DNA of 64,000 nucleotides from Albugo candida (Eukaryota): NCBI GenBank assembly GCA_040437565.1, contig JBDOQK010000030.1, positions 62,001 to 126,000 of the forward strand, read 5' to 3'. Shown piece by piece: positions 1 to 11,585 of this stretch (position 1 is its first letter; each line of letters starts with the position of its first letter). The notes under the pieces were generated by a model. It saw only the letters and a program-made list of their open reading frames with translations, ran no database searches and was not told where the DNA came from. The position numbers and the translations under genes were made by a program.

Positions 1-1444
1 TCTCCTATCCATACTTTATGACGTTAAAAAGTATGGCACTCAGGTAGAAAACAAAATTAAACCCTGCTCCAGGTTTCGTCGACCGAAACAGTTGGCTGTT
101 TTTTGATGTGGCTTTGATCAGCTGAGACATTACTTTTCATATTTGTTCATCTTCTTCAAGTTTCACGAATGACGAAGTTTTGTGCTGAACACACTCGGTG
201 TAATTGGGATGCCGCTTTGACTAGTCATTGTAAAGAATGCAAGCGAGCGAGAGACACCGCGAGAACTTTGATATATTCGATTTAAGATCTTCTACTACAG
301 TGCAATGAGAAATCCTAAAGAATGTGACAAATTTCTTCTAATATGTTGAGAAAGCGACCAAAAATGCACACGTGAGAAGCAATCTAGTGTCCTTCGATTG
401 GAAAATGTATGTCAGGAAGTTGCTTGACTCATCAAGATAAACGCTTGCTGATATGAACAAAGGAGTGACCTATGCTGACCTCTCCTCCTCTTCTTTGACC
501 ATACTTCATCTCATGGTTGAATGCCCACACATTCGATGACACACTCGGGGAAGTAGGGCACAAAGCGAAAAATGAAAATCATAATCACCATTAGAGAGTC
601 GTTCTTTAAAATCTACATGTATATTCTTACAAGCATTCGTGAAAGCTTTCGAGCAAGAATAAGCTTCTTGTCGGGAACGGCAATTGGACGCTTGAACCTT
701 CCAAATATAAATGGAAGCAAGCTCAACGAAAGACGCTTTTTTTTGCTTACAATGAGTTTGGTATATAAGTGCCATGCAGATATACCACGGTATCACTTAT
801 ATGGCACATTCGGGGTGAAGCAATGCGCTGAACGAAATGACCAGTTTCTATAATACATACGCGTTTGATGGCCATTTTACGGGAGCTAGTCCAAAAAAAA
901 GATGCCAATAAGGTGCATGAATAGCGCGTGAAATGGCGGCACTGTCAAGGAGTCGGCACACCTTCACAAAGTGCTACACGGCGTCCACAAAAGAGGATCG
1001 AGCAGCAAGATGTGGCGAGATTGAGAGGCTCCACATTACGACCAAATATGCTGCTTTAATAAACGCAGAAAGACACATGTGCGCAGGATGGTCCATCTCT
1101 GAACAAAACTGGATTGATACATGAAGGTAGCTTGCTGTCAATATAAGTCATGATCATGAGCAACGTGCTCAAGATGTCATGTATGAATTTCCTCTACAAA
1201 GACAACCTGCTATGTCACACTACACACTCAGAAACCATCACCACAACACTCGAACACAAAATTCGGGAGCCATTATCTGATCAGTTTTGTTTCAGTGACC
1301 ATGGTACGCCACTAATTCCTAAGTACTCTTCTGTCACATGGATGAGCTGGTGATCATTTGATTGATGTCCTTCTACAACACCAATTAGAGAGATTACATA
1401 CTACTACCACGCGTTCCTTTTACTACCCTCTAAATTTTTATGTT

Positions 1445-1453
1445 TATATATAA
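1445..1453 (+). promoter_or_regulatory. Upstream TATA element of the tRNA-Ser gene
   Basis: TATATATAA at -33 to -25 from the tRNA 5' end, the usual TFIIIB/TBP position. Confidence 0.55.
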
Positions 1454-1477
1454 AATAACTAGACGATTCCTATCACT

Positions 1478-1558
1478 GACAGCTTGGCCGAGTGGTTAAG
1501 GCGATAGACTTGAAATCTATTGGGGTTACCCGCGTGAGTTCAAATCTCACAGCTGTCG
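1478..1558 (+). tRNA. tRNA-Ser(UGA)
   Basis: Acceptor GACAGCT/AGCTGTC plus G discriminator; D arm GCCGAGTGGTTAAGGC; anticodon arm ATAGA-CTTGAAA-TCTAT; long variable arm; T arm GTGAG-TTCAAAT-CTCAC; TTTT follows. Confidence 0.97.
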
Positions 1559-1640
1559 TTTTAGTCTACTGACAGTGCTTTTGACCGCTCCATAACTACT
1601 GCATTACTCTGTCACCAGTAATAAATAGCTCGACATTCAT

Positions 1641-2627
1641 TTATTTACTCTTACTGCGTGAATTGGAAGTCGACATTATCGCTTCTAATTCCTCATTAAT
1701 TAAGACTGCGGCATTGTGCATCCGCACCTGTTGCAGCGAATCTTGGGTATTGTGATCGCGAGCATACTGAATGGATTGTTTGATGCCCCGAATGACCAAT
1801 TCACTCTTTCCACATACCGATTTGGCAATGCGATAAACTTCTTTGGTCATTTCATCAGTGTTTTCAAAACAAGTTGAAACGAGTCCAATCTTTTCAGCTT
1901 CCTGTCCTGAAAAATTACGGCCTGTGTACGCCAACTCTTTGGTTCTTTGCTCCCCAATGAGTTTAGGAAGGCGTTGAAGTGCACCCAGATCAGCAATGAT
2001 TGCTAGATCGACTTCTTTGATCGAGAAAATTGCCGACATGTCACTATACCTTAAATCGCATGCCGCAACCAAATCCAATCCGGCTCCAATACAACTCCCA
2101 TGAATGGATGCGATCACGGGTACCCGACATCGTTCTGGAGCTGATGTGATCGACTGGAGTCTTTCGATTAGACAAGTCAGTTGCTCTCGTTTACGTCCTT
2201 GACAATTCTCTTCATCGATCTTTTTACGCAAATCGATAAACACCTTCAAGTCCATCCCACTGGAAAACCCTCTTCCTTCTCCAGACAGAATGACGCATTG
2301 TACACTCGAATCTTTTTCCACAGCATCAAAGAAAGCATCAATCTCACTCCACAATGATAGTGAAAGTGCATTCACATAGGAAGGACGGTTAAGTTTCACA
2401 TGAACTAGTCCGGGAAGATCAGGAGTTCGGTTGACTTTTAGCTCTGAGAAGTTTGTACAATTGGAACTTATTTGATTGTAATTCGTAGAAGAGCCTGTCT
2501 TAACACCTTTGAGCCATTTGTCGAGCACTTGAGCATTCGAATGCGTTGTGTACGCAAACGGATACCATTTTGATGCTTTGCTTCGACTTGAAGACAACAA
2601 TCTCATCGAACGCACACAGGCGAACAT
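1641..2627 (-). CDS. ECH1: Crotonase-family enoyl-CoA hydratase / delta3,5-delta2,4-dienoyl-CoA isomerase (ECH1-like), likely mitochondrial
   Basis: Motifs LNRP..NAL, GRGFSSGMDL, PVIASIHGSCIGAGLDL..ACDLRY and KEVDLAIIADLGALQRLP; R/S-rich N-terminus; 328 aa in one exon. Confidence 0.9.
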   Translation of the reverse strand: MFACVRSMRLLSSSRSKASKWYPFAYTTHSNAQVLDKWLKGVKTGSSTNYNQISSNCTNFSELKVNRTPDLPGLVHVKLNRPSYVNALSLSLWSEIDAFFDAVEKDSSVQCVILSGEGRGFSSGMDLKVFIDLRKKIDEENCQGRKREQLTCLIERLQSITSAPERCRVPVIASIHGSCIGAGLDLVAACDLRYSDMSAIFSIKEVDLAIIADLGALQRLPKLIGEQRTKELAYTGRNFSGQEAEKIGLVSTCFENTDEMTKEVYRIAKSVCGKSELVIRGIKQSIQYARDHNTQDSLQQVRMHNAAVLINEELEAIMSTSNSRSKSK

Positions 2628-2911
2628 TATTATATGAGATCTTTTATGCTTGCAAGGATATTAAAAGTGAAAGTTTCGTAGTCTGTAAGGAAGCAGTAAA
2701 AACAATCAAACCCTACGCTATAAAATGTGACAAGATCTCGAAACACAAGACTGTTATCTGTAATTACCCCAGCCTGTTACTGAGTTGTCCGAGGGGAAAG
2801 GGTAAAAAGCATTTATTCTCTGAATCGATGCTCGCATACTTTTCGTTTCGAGGATTGCCATTAGATTACCACATGATTACACACATTTAGCAAATTTGGT
2901 GAGCTCTTATC

Positions 2912-2920
2912 TATATATAA
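2912..2920 (+). promoter_or_regulatory. TATA element upstream of the tRNA-like leader
   Basis: Same TATATATAA 9-mer and near-identical spacing (-34 to -26) as the tRNA-Ser gene. Confidence 0.5.
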
Positions 2921-2945
2921 TAAACTATACGTTACAGAGTTACTG

Positions 2946-3010
2946 TTCCCCGCGGCCGAGTGGTGTAGGAACGCAATTTTCTCGCACGGGTTCGAATCCA
3001 CGCGGTGTAT
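2946..3010 (+). promoter_or_regulatory. Degenerate tRNA-like Pol III leader (A box and B box, anticodon arm lost)
   Basis: A box CGGCCGAGTGG (2953-2963); B box GGTTCGAATCC (2989-2999); partial acceptor pairing TTCCCCG/CGGTGTA; only ~65 nt long with no anticodon stem. Confidence 0.65.
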
Positions 3011-3161
3011 AGTGCATGTATCGAAGCCTGACGTATCTATTTCATTAGATTAAGGGTCGGGTCAAATCTCATGCCATAATATGAGGTTTTCCTCATGATC
3101 GCTAGGGTGTCAGAAAAGAGTCACTCCATCTCCCATTCTGCCAATATGCATTCGAACATTT
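3011..3161 (+). ncRNA. Box H/ACA snoRNA, predicted guide for the LSU rRNA uridine equivalent to yeast psi2865 (snR46/SNORA16-type target)
   Basis: Lower stem GCATG/CATGC; pocket TATCGAAG/TCAAATCT; upper stems CCTGAC/GTCGGG and ATCTA/TAGAT; H box ATAATA (3076-3081) 14 nt from the pocket top; ACA (3156-3158) followed by TTTT. The pocket pairs 13 bp with conserved LSU UUUGA-U-C-CUUCGAUG. Confidence 0.8.
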
Positions 3162-3205
3162 TGATCCACCAGAAGACAATCTAATAAGATCACTTGAAAA
3201 TCGTA

Positions 3206-6031
3206 TTACGATATGTCTATTAACTCAATTTGATCTCGTTCCAAGCTTTTTATATCCATCTCATTCATTGGCATGGAATCTCCGCACTCTTCCTTGGTTT
3301 CTTCCACTTCCGCAGAAATCAGATTTCTGATACTAATTGAAAAGCCGGGGTCTTCTGGTCCAACTTTATATTTCTTGTGCTTCTCAATTACAAGGACTTC
3401 CTCTTCACAAATCTCTTTTGTTCCAAGATTGTTTTCTTCATTTTTTGATTCGCTCATTTCTTGATTTCGAAGAAGTAATTCCGAGTCAATACGACAGCTA
3501 AATGCAAAACTGATCGGAGCTTTGCTTTGTGATTGTGACTTCCATTCTGATGATAATTGAAGCCGGCTCAGTGCTTTCTGCATAATTTCGTCATCCACAG
3601 AGTCGTAAGACCGATGATGTCCCCAGTTGTTTAAGTCTTCTTCGCGTGGCAAGCCGATTTGAGCATGAAAGTACTCGTGAGACACAACTTGAGCAGATGG
3701 GGTCTTCTTCACATCTTCATTCGAAGATTGTATCAAAGTCTCATCGCTTTCTTGAAGGCGCCATTTACATCGCGTACAGCGCAGGCGATCATGCGTGTCC
3801 GATTCTGTGGCTTCTTGCAGTACAAAAAGCTTCTTCAAGTCCTTTGAAGACAGTGTATTCACTTCATCTTTGTCATCGACAATACTTTGCAGGCCTTCTT
3901 TCGATAATTGACGTTGAAATATTTTCTCTTCTAAAGTTCCAGTGGCCAAAAATCGATAAACGTAACACATCTGCTTCTGTCCTTCTCGCCACACTCTTGC
4001 GGCAGCTTGTTTATCTGTCGCTGGATTCCAGTCCGGATCGAAAAGGACTAAACGATTTGCTCCAATAAGGTTGAGTCCGCAACCTCCAGCCTTACTTGAC
4101 AGCAAAAAAGCAAAGGAATGCGTGGTCGGATCATTGAATGTGTCAACCATTTGCTGGCGCTTTTTCGGACTAATTGTACCATCGAGACGAACAAACGGCC
4201 AATTTCGTTCGCGGCAAAGTAGTGATACTAGATCAAGAGTCTATTCAGGCATAAATAAACAATCGTCCTAATAATCCATGGTATGCAACAACTGACCTGA
4301 GTATAGTTGGAGACCACGACGATACGTTCCTTTGTTTCAATTCTCATCATTTGCATCAAATGATCCAGTAATTGCAATTTTCCAGACCATCGAGGATGAC
4401 TACTTTGCTTCTGGTTTATTGTACTTGCTCTCTGTCCACTGATAAAATCAACTTTTCGCTCGGAAGCAATGATATGCTGGCAGTCTTCGAATCCAGGCAG
4501 CTTGACTAACGGTGTTCCGTCATCTTTGAACAAAAGTAATGGATGATTGCAAAGCTTCTTAAGCGCTGTGATCGACGGTAAAACATTTACATTCTGCTGC
4601 TTCATGATGTTGCGCATTGCCTTTGATTCCAAAAAATGCTTATAGAGCTTTCCCTGAAGATCTGATAAGGGGCAGCAGATGACTTGCATCAGCTTTGGTG
4701 GAAGGTGTTTGGCATTCAAGGTATTTCCGCGTCTGAGGATAAATTGATTGACGATATTGCATAGAGTCCACGAGCACTCTTGTGCAAGACTTTGTTCCTT
4801 CTCCGTAGCGTCTGGTTCTCTTCCGCGTAATATCGGACCCATAAACCGTTTCCGAAACTCGGCAGGAGTTCCAAGAATATCGGGATTCGTAAAATCAACC
4901 ATCGCATAAAATTCTTCTAAATCGTTTTGCATGGGTGTTCCCGATAACAAAACTCGCCGTCGACAAGCGAGTGCCGCAAGTGCTCGATTGATTTGTGAAT
5001 GCGAATTCTTTAGACGATGAGCTTCATCGCATATCAAAAGATCGCAGCAGTCCGGAGCAGAGTGGAATTTCGCAGCATGCATTCTGAATGTTTCATACGA
5101 AATGATAAGAACCTGTGGGCTAGATGGAGACTTTTGCATATGAAAATGACAGCTCGAGTTGATGAATCGATGAATTTCCTTGATAACGTGTTCTCTATTA
5201 GATTCGAATAATGCGATCGTCTTGATGCGATTCTGCAGCCACTTTTGAATTTCGTCATTCCAATTTTTAACAAGTGAGGTTGGACAAACAATGATAACGC
5301 GATAAATTGTAGGTGTTGTTGGTTCCTGCATGCTTGTGAGTAATAGGGTGTACATCAAAGTGATGCTCTGCAGTGTCTTCCCTAATCCCATATCATCCGC
5401 TAGTATGCAGCCAAATCGTCCAGCATCCTCGACATCAGCCACTGTCATCCAAAACAAAGACTTAGATCAGCGTCAAAATGCTTCAATGAATCATACCGCA
5501 ATCAAACATAAATTGAACGCCATCGCGTTGATGTGGTCGTAGATATTTTGTGAGGATTTCAGGGACAGCAACACGACGTTCTTTTTCTTCTTCATGTTGC
5601 CATAAGACGAGCGGTTCAAAAAATGGTTTCTGTATTTCTGACTCGTTTTCTTCAACTTGTGGAGTGATGGTTGATTCCAAGGTCTCCACATAATTTGACT
5701 CGCTCTGTATAGCGCAATTCTGTATTGAACCTGAATGAATGGATACGAGTCGACGGCGAATGCCAAGTGTTTTTATATGTGAGAGACGCTCGCTTTCTAT
5801 GGATCGAGAATGCTTCCATGGATTTCGGAAGGGCTGGCAAAGTTTTTCGTCGTTTATCTCTTTAGAGGAAATATTCAAAAATGAGAGTATAGGCAGTCGT
5901 TTGATAGAATCTGAGGTATAAGTATCAGTAACGTCTCTAGTTAGCACGGATTTGAATGGATTGTGCAGTGAAGAATCAATACAATCATCAGCATTTTTAT
6001 GCTGAGAATGATTGCGCCGTAAGAGCGGCAT
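3206..6031 (-). CDS. RAD54: DNA repair and recombination protein RAD54 (3 exons: 6031-5497, 5441-4297, 4240-3206)
   Basis: Motifs [72 protein letters not shown] and [15 protein letters not shown] introns 5442-5496 and 4241-4296 restore the frame. Confidence 0.93.
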
Positions 6032-8707
6032 GCCATCAGATGATATGATATCGTATGATATAAATGATCGTTATAATTTATCAGTAGTTGCAAAAATGCG
6101 CATGCAAATTTATAAAATGACAAAATGCACGTGTGGCTTTCTACCATGCATTTGTACCTTGCAAGTCGATTCTTTAGAGCTTTCGCTGATTGAGAATCGA
6201 AATGAGAATAAGTCGCATTTACGTAAATTACTTGACATTGGTTCAATGAGACAATGCATTGGCTGCATGCTCCTTCCCTGTATATGTCCATCCGATGGCA
6301 TTCACGACGACAATCAATCGAGTGGCTGTAAGGAGGATGAAGAAGAAGAAGAAGAAGAAGAAGAAGAAGAAGAAGAAGATGAGTACGGACGTGTGCGTTT
6401 GCTTCCAATAGGAAATGAATCAGAAGAGAAGAAAATGTTTATTGCAAAAGAAATCAAAAAGAGCCTCAAAACTCATCAAATTGAAGGGATCCACTTCCTG
6501 CATCGACAAATCTCGCAAGATAAAGGCTGCATACTCGCAGACTATATGGGTCTTGGGAAAACGCTCCAAGTGATAACGGCACTCCACTCGTACATGATAG
6601 ACACCAAGATGGAAGAAAAGTATAAAGGTCGTAACTCTAAAGTAATGATATTATGCCCGACAATATGCTTAGCTAATTGGAGCAAGGAATTTAAAAAATG
6701 GCTCAGTAGGGAGTCTTTGGATCATTACACAATCGTCACTTTGGATGCTTCGAGCAGAACTATCGATGCAAAGGTGCAACTGGTTAAAACTTGGAACAAA
6801 GATGGCGGGATCTTACTTGTTGGGTATGAACTTTTTCGAATTCTGCTGAATCCATCAACGTCTGTGCCAATCTCAAAGCGTGAGAAATCTATCCAATTCT
6901 GCACAAAAATGGTTCATGAACAGGTAGAAGAACCACAGAAAATGATTACTTGCTCCGCATTGGCTGAGAAAGCGAGCGGTAGGAAAATTGCGAGGGATTT
7001 AGAAGCTCTGCTTTGCGATCCAGGATCGGATTTGATCGTTTTGGATGAAGGTCATCGTATGAAAGATCCTACTTCCTTACTGTGTCAGAGTTTGATGAAA
7101 GTAAAGACAAACAAAAGAATCATTCTGACGGGATATCCTGTGCAAAATTCGCTAATAGAGTACTGGTGTATGGTGAATTTTGCAAGAGAGGGATTTCTAG
7201 ACACATACGACAAGTTCAGAGCGTATTACGAGCGTCCCATTTTGGAAGGGGATCACCAGAAAACTGAGGAACTGAGTAATCTGCTCGAAAAAGTTGTCCT
7301 AAGGAGAGGAAAGGCGTTATTGGCCGAACAGCTTCCTCCAAAAAAAGAATGGGTTTTGTGCTGTAAGTTCTCTAAGGCGCAGTACATGCTGTACTGCGCC
7401 TTCCTCGAGTCTACATATTCAAATATTGGCTCAGGTCGCGATCTATTCACTGCCTATGCGACATTGCTTCACGTCATGAATCACCCGGACCTTATTTACC
7501 AGCGATTTTGTCCAGCTAATGAAAAGTCGAATGCTGATTTGGATAAAAGCACAAAAGATGGAGATGGGTGGGGATGGGAGTCGATGGCAAAGCAGGAAGA
7601 AAAACGTGCCTTGATGGAAGCCTTAGAACAGAAAAAACAGCAAAAGAAAGCTGAACAAGAACAGAATTACCTTTGGGCTCGTGAGGTGTTAGATGGCACG
7701 CACAAGTTCGGGTCCAACGATGCAAAAGGTTACAAAGCTGATGTGATAGAAAACAGCGGGAAAATGGCAATACTTATGCACATAATTGAGAAAAGTATGG
7801 TTTGCGGCGATAAAGTGGTCGTGTTTTCGCAAAGTGTTCCGACCTTGTCACTCATTGGGAATTTTTTACGTCACAAAACAGTCGAATGGGCGATAACCGA
7901 CGGTAAAAGTGTATCAGTAAGTGGTTCAACTTCCAAAAGCAGACCCAAGCAAACTCGGTCACGTGACCCGGCAGGATTATCACGAAAGAAAAAGAATACA
8001 AATGCAGCGAAAAGGTTGAAAGTGAATGGTCTCGATGACACCAATGACTGGTTCCTACAGATTGATGGCAACACTGCCGGCACTAAGCGAAGTGAATGTA
8101 TAGAGGTTCGTGTATAGATGCATATTGCGTGAGGTAATGCTAACAAGTCTCGTAATCCAATAGCGCTTCACCTCGTCAGATAATCATGTCAAAGTGTTGC
8201 TAGTCTCCACACGTGCTGGAGCGGAAGGGATCAACCTGCACGCTGCCAACCGCTTGGTTCTATTTGATGTGAGCTGGAATCCATCTTATGATCATCAGGT
8301 CATTGTACATGTGTTCGCTTAGCGATTGTGATATCTCACATTGATGCTTTTAGAGTATGTGTCGATCACATCGGTTAGGCCAGTCCAAAACAGTTCATGT
8401 GTATCGTCTGGTGAGTACTGGGACCATGGAGAGGATGATCTACGAACAACAAAGAAAAAAGACCAGTTTATCTATGGCTCTTGTGGATCGCTCCAAGAGT
8501 GATTTGGTAACATCCGACGAAGGGATGATACTATCCGGGTCGGGTACCGAGGACTCTTTTTTCAAGCAGCCCGATATTAAGGAAGTTGTTACAAGTTCTG
8601 ATGGGTCACGACCGATTCACAATTGCGAGGAGATTGAAGATGATCCAATACTTGTTTCTTGCTTAGCGAGTATGGGACAATGGTTGGGAGATATAAAACG
8701 CGCATGA
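6030..8707 (+). CDS. SNF2-family helicase, ATRX/RAD54L2(ARIP4)-like (exons ~6030-8105, 8164-8298, 8354-8707; true start may be 6096-6117)
   Basis: Motifs [67 protein letters not shown] and SMCRSHRLGQ; GT-AG introns of 58 and 55 nt. Confidence 0.87.
6339..6377 (+). repeat. (GAA)13 microsatellite encoding poly-Glu
   Basis: Perfect trinucleotide run inside the SNF2 ORF. Confidence 0.95.
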
Positions 8708-9699
8708 ATCAGAGCCCATGCGTTATCATTATACAGATGCCTCCTAATGCTTTGATTTTCGATATACGATAGTTGGCCTCTACTGGACCCCGTGACTCCA
8801 TACGTATGGGGCCTTACAACATTTCATGTGCCTCTAAATGACGTAGAAGTAGAATTGCCATTGATGTTTGAATGTGTTCTAAGGATAGTAATTCCCCTTT
8901 TACTTGGTAGATTGTTTATCGCTTGAACTAATTGTTGAAAACCAGGATGAAGGAAATCTTGCTGATGCGTTCTTCTCTCTTTCGTCTCTTGAGATTGACA
9001 CTAGCACGCATTCTCATGATTTTCTCAATTCGCGCTGATCTATTGGAGTGCATTCACTTCAAGTTCTGACGACCGAGTCTCATTGTACAAGAAACCGTCT
9101 AGCTCCCTTGCGATACCAGTGTGATTTGCGTTCATTGAGGCACGATACAGGTGGCTCGTACCATTTGAAGTTTTTGTCGGCACTGCGCAAGTTTTTTAAA
9201 GGCTTGATTTCTTTGTCATTCTTCTATAAATCGGCAATCTTCGACGTCGTTGTGCTAATAAGTATCGTCGCATCGGCCACTTTATCTGTCGTTTCAGATA
9301 CTATCACGGAGGCAACTTCAAAAGTGCATTTTCCAATTAAACGCTTGCTCATCTTTCTAGTGTAGATTTTATACGTCAACGGTCATTTTTCAAGCACTGT
9401 GGCATCAGCTTTTATGATCCTTACTTAGTCGATCAGAATGGGAGCCGTAGAGACTCCAGAGCTTTCTTTGCGTCATATCGAGATAGGAGAGCTTCATGCT
9501 AGCGCTATCTTGCTATCGTTCGACTCCATACGGAGTTTCTTGGAATTGTTGTCTGGAATCAAACCATGTAATTATAGAGATGTTATGTCTGCCAATTTCA
9601 GCCCAACACAATACTTGCCGCACGAGGATTGAAGAGCTCGTCCAAATATAAACAAGACTGCATGTTCGACTACTAGATGAAGGATATGGTGCGATCGCA

Positions 9700-11323
9700 C
9701 TTCGTGACAGATTACTAGTGGCAAAACTGTGGTCTTATCACGTTTATGGCATTCTACAACTCATTTCGGAATTCCTTAACATTGACTGCGACGCTGGCAG
9801 CCAGTTCTTAAGCAATTTCTTGTACATTGGAATTATGAGCGAGATTAAACACATGTTCAACTTATCAAGTCGGAATTCTCATACCTCTCTCATGCAAAAG
9901 GTAGTTTACAAGTTCATTTCATCTCAGCAAAACTGAAGAAAAAAACGAATTCTTTCACAGCAATCTATACAAAATTCCAGTAGAGCTGCATCAAGCGACT
10001 GGACACTTACCGGAATGGAGATCGCACGATGCATTTTGCCCAAATTCAGGCCATATCGATCACTCGATATCCTCACGATCCCACCACCTCGACATATGAC
10101 CACGGTGCATCGGAATGTTGTTTCACCATGGTGGAAGCAGATGGTTTCATCAAAGTCATCGGAATCTTACCGACAAAATTTTAATACAGCAAGAAACATT
10201 TATCAACATGTTGGATGCTCCTATATGCTTTCATTTAGATCCTCATCTCCACTTTGAGCAGTAGCAACGGTCAAGACGTGCCTTTGCTCGTCGATGATTC
10301 GAAAGGTGCCCGAAACAGCGCGTAGTTTTCGGATGCGATTCGCACAAGCTTGTTGCGTTACTGCCTTTACGTGACTTGTTTGGTGGAAGAACGGACTAGC
10401 TCGACTCTTCTATCGTATTAGTAAAAGCGAAGGTTGGAAAGCCTTTCGATCAGCCTCAATCGAAGTTTTTACGTCCAAATAACGTAAATGCTTCGACGTG
10501 CTCAGCCTGTTAAAGTCTTATTTTGTCCCGAAAATGATCTGGCGCATGAGTTTACGGTCTAATTTGTCATTTAACCCTCGGACAGAAAGTCTTTCTTTCC
10601 GTTGATACCTTCAAATCAGCTTTATCGAGTTTCTGAAAAGGCACTGCTACCAGAAGAATCGCATCCAACGTTGCTTCACATATCAGAACGCGATGGACGC
10701 AGGACGTCAACATAGTTGCCAGATTTTCACAAGTTAGTTGCGAGTCTGATTTTGCATCTTTCCAGTTCGAGAACGGTTTTGGTTCTTACAAAAATCACAT
10801 CCATAAATATTGAAAGCTATCAGTAATTGTAGTTGGACTGTAACAGGACAAGTCCAATTCGAAAAGAGCTCTTTTTGTCTAACATAATCCTCTTTTCTGT
10901 TCGACCACGACAGTAACATATTGCTTGTGAGTGGATTCCTACAATTCGTGATGCGTGGGCATCTTTTCGACTGGTGTTGGAGGATCTTCGTTTTGGAACC
11001 CGAGCTTTTCGACCAAGGCACTTCGGACCTACTGCCTTACTGTTTCGGTGACTTATAGCACACTGAGTGCCATATCCGATATTTTCACGGAAGTGCTATG
11101 AAACGGAGCAGCTCGAGCAATTGAAAATCAGTAGAGTCATGCCATCATACTGGTTCAGAACTGATATATTCATCAGCTCTGCCCAGTTTACTATCAGTTC
11201 TACGGCGTCAAAGATTTTGAGGCGGTAATGAGTGGCGACTTCAGTGTGGATTTACCAAGACCAACCTTGAATGTACCTTTGTTTATTTATTGTAATTTAG
11301 GCAACAGAGAAGTGATTTACATC
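9700..11323 (+). pseudogene. Decayed gene of an unknown lineage-specific family (copy A), interrupted by the Gypsy element and resuming at ~17783
   Basis: Collinear homology to 51710-53370 on the minus strand, e.g. LLVAKLWSYHVYGILQLIS vs LMVAQVWLHHVFGILQLIS and VVFGCD..LFGGRT vs VIFGCD..MLGGRT; many stops and frameshifts. Confidence 0.7.
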
Positions 11324-11585
11324 TGTAGCGAGTCAAATAGCTATTCGAGGTATCCTGGCCCTAGCCCTTGAGCCTCTCATGAACCCGGCCCTCACCAACA
11401 AAAAGCGACGGAATAGAAACCTGGGTAAAGAGCAGGACAGCGGCCTGTCTTTCCTTCTTCTATATTTTGAATGATGGAGATCTAGAAGATTGAAGGATGT
11501 AGAAACTTTTGTGATCTAGGACGTTTGTACATTCGAGAGTTTCAAACAGGAAGATAACTGATTTTCGACGACGGAAGTCACTACA
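11324..11585 (+). repeat. 5' LTR of the Gypsy element
   Basis: TGTAG...CTACA termini; diverged direct repeat of 17520-17777. Confidence 0.93.

Noticed and set aside
1-1400. Short ORFs at the window start
   Set aside because: No motifs or consistent exon structure that I can support.
2946-3010. Functional tRNA gene
   Set aside because: No anticodon arm, and mismatched acceptor and T stems. Retained only as a promoter/leader candidate.
2946-3200. Telomerase RNA, SRP RNA, RNase P/MRP or spliceosomal snRNA
   Set aside because: No telomere template, no SRP helix-8 motif, no CR-I/CR-V and no U-snRNA signature; the H/ACA model fits better.
5941-6408. Minus-strand ORF with a poly-Leu 'signal peptide'
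   Set aside because: Antisense reading of the (GAA)13 tract of the SNF2 gene.
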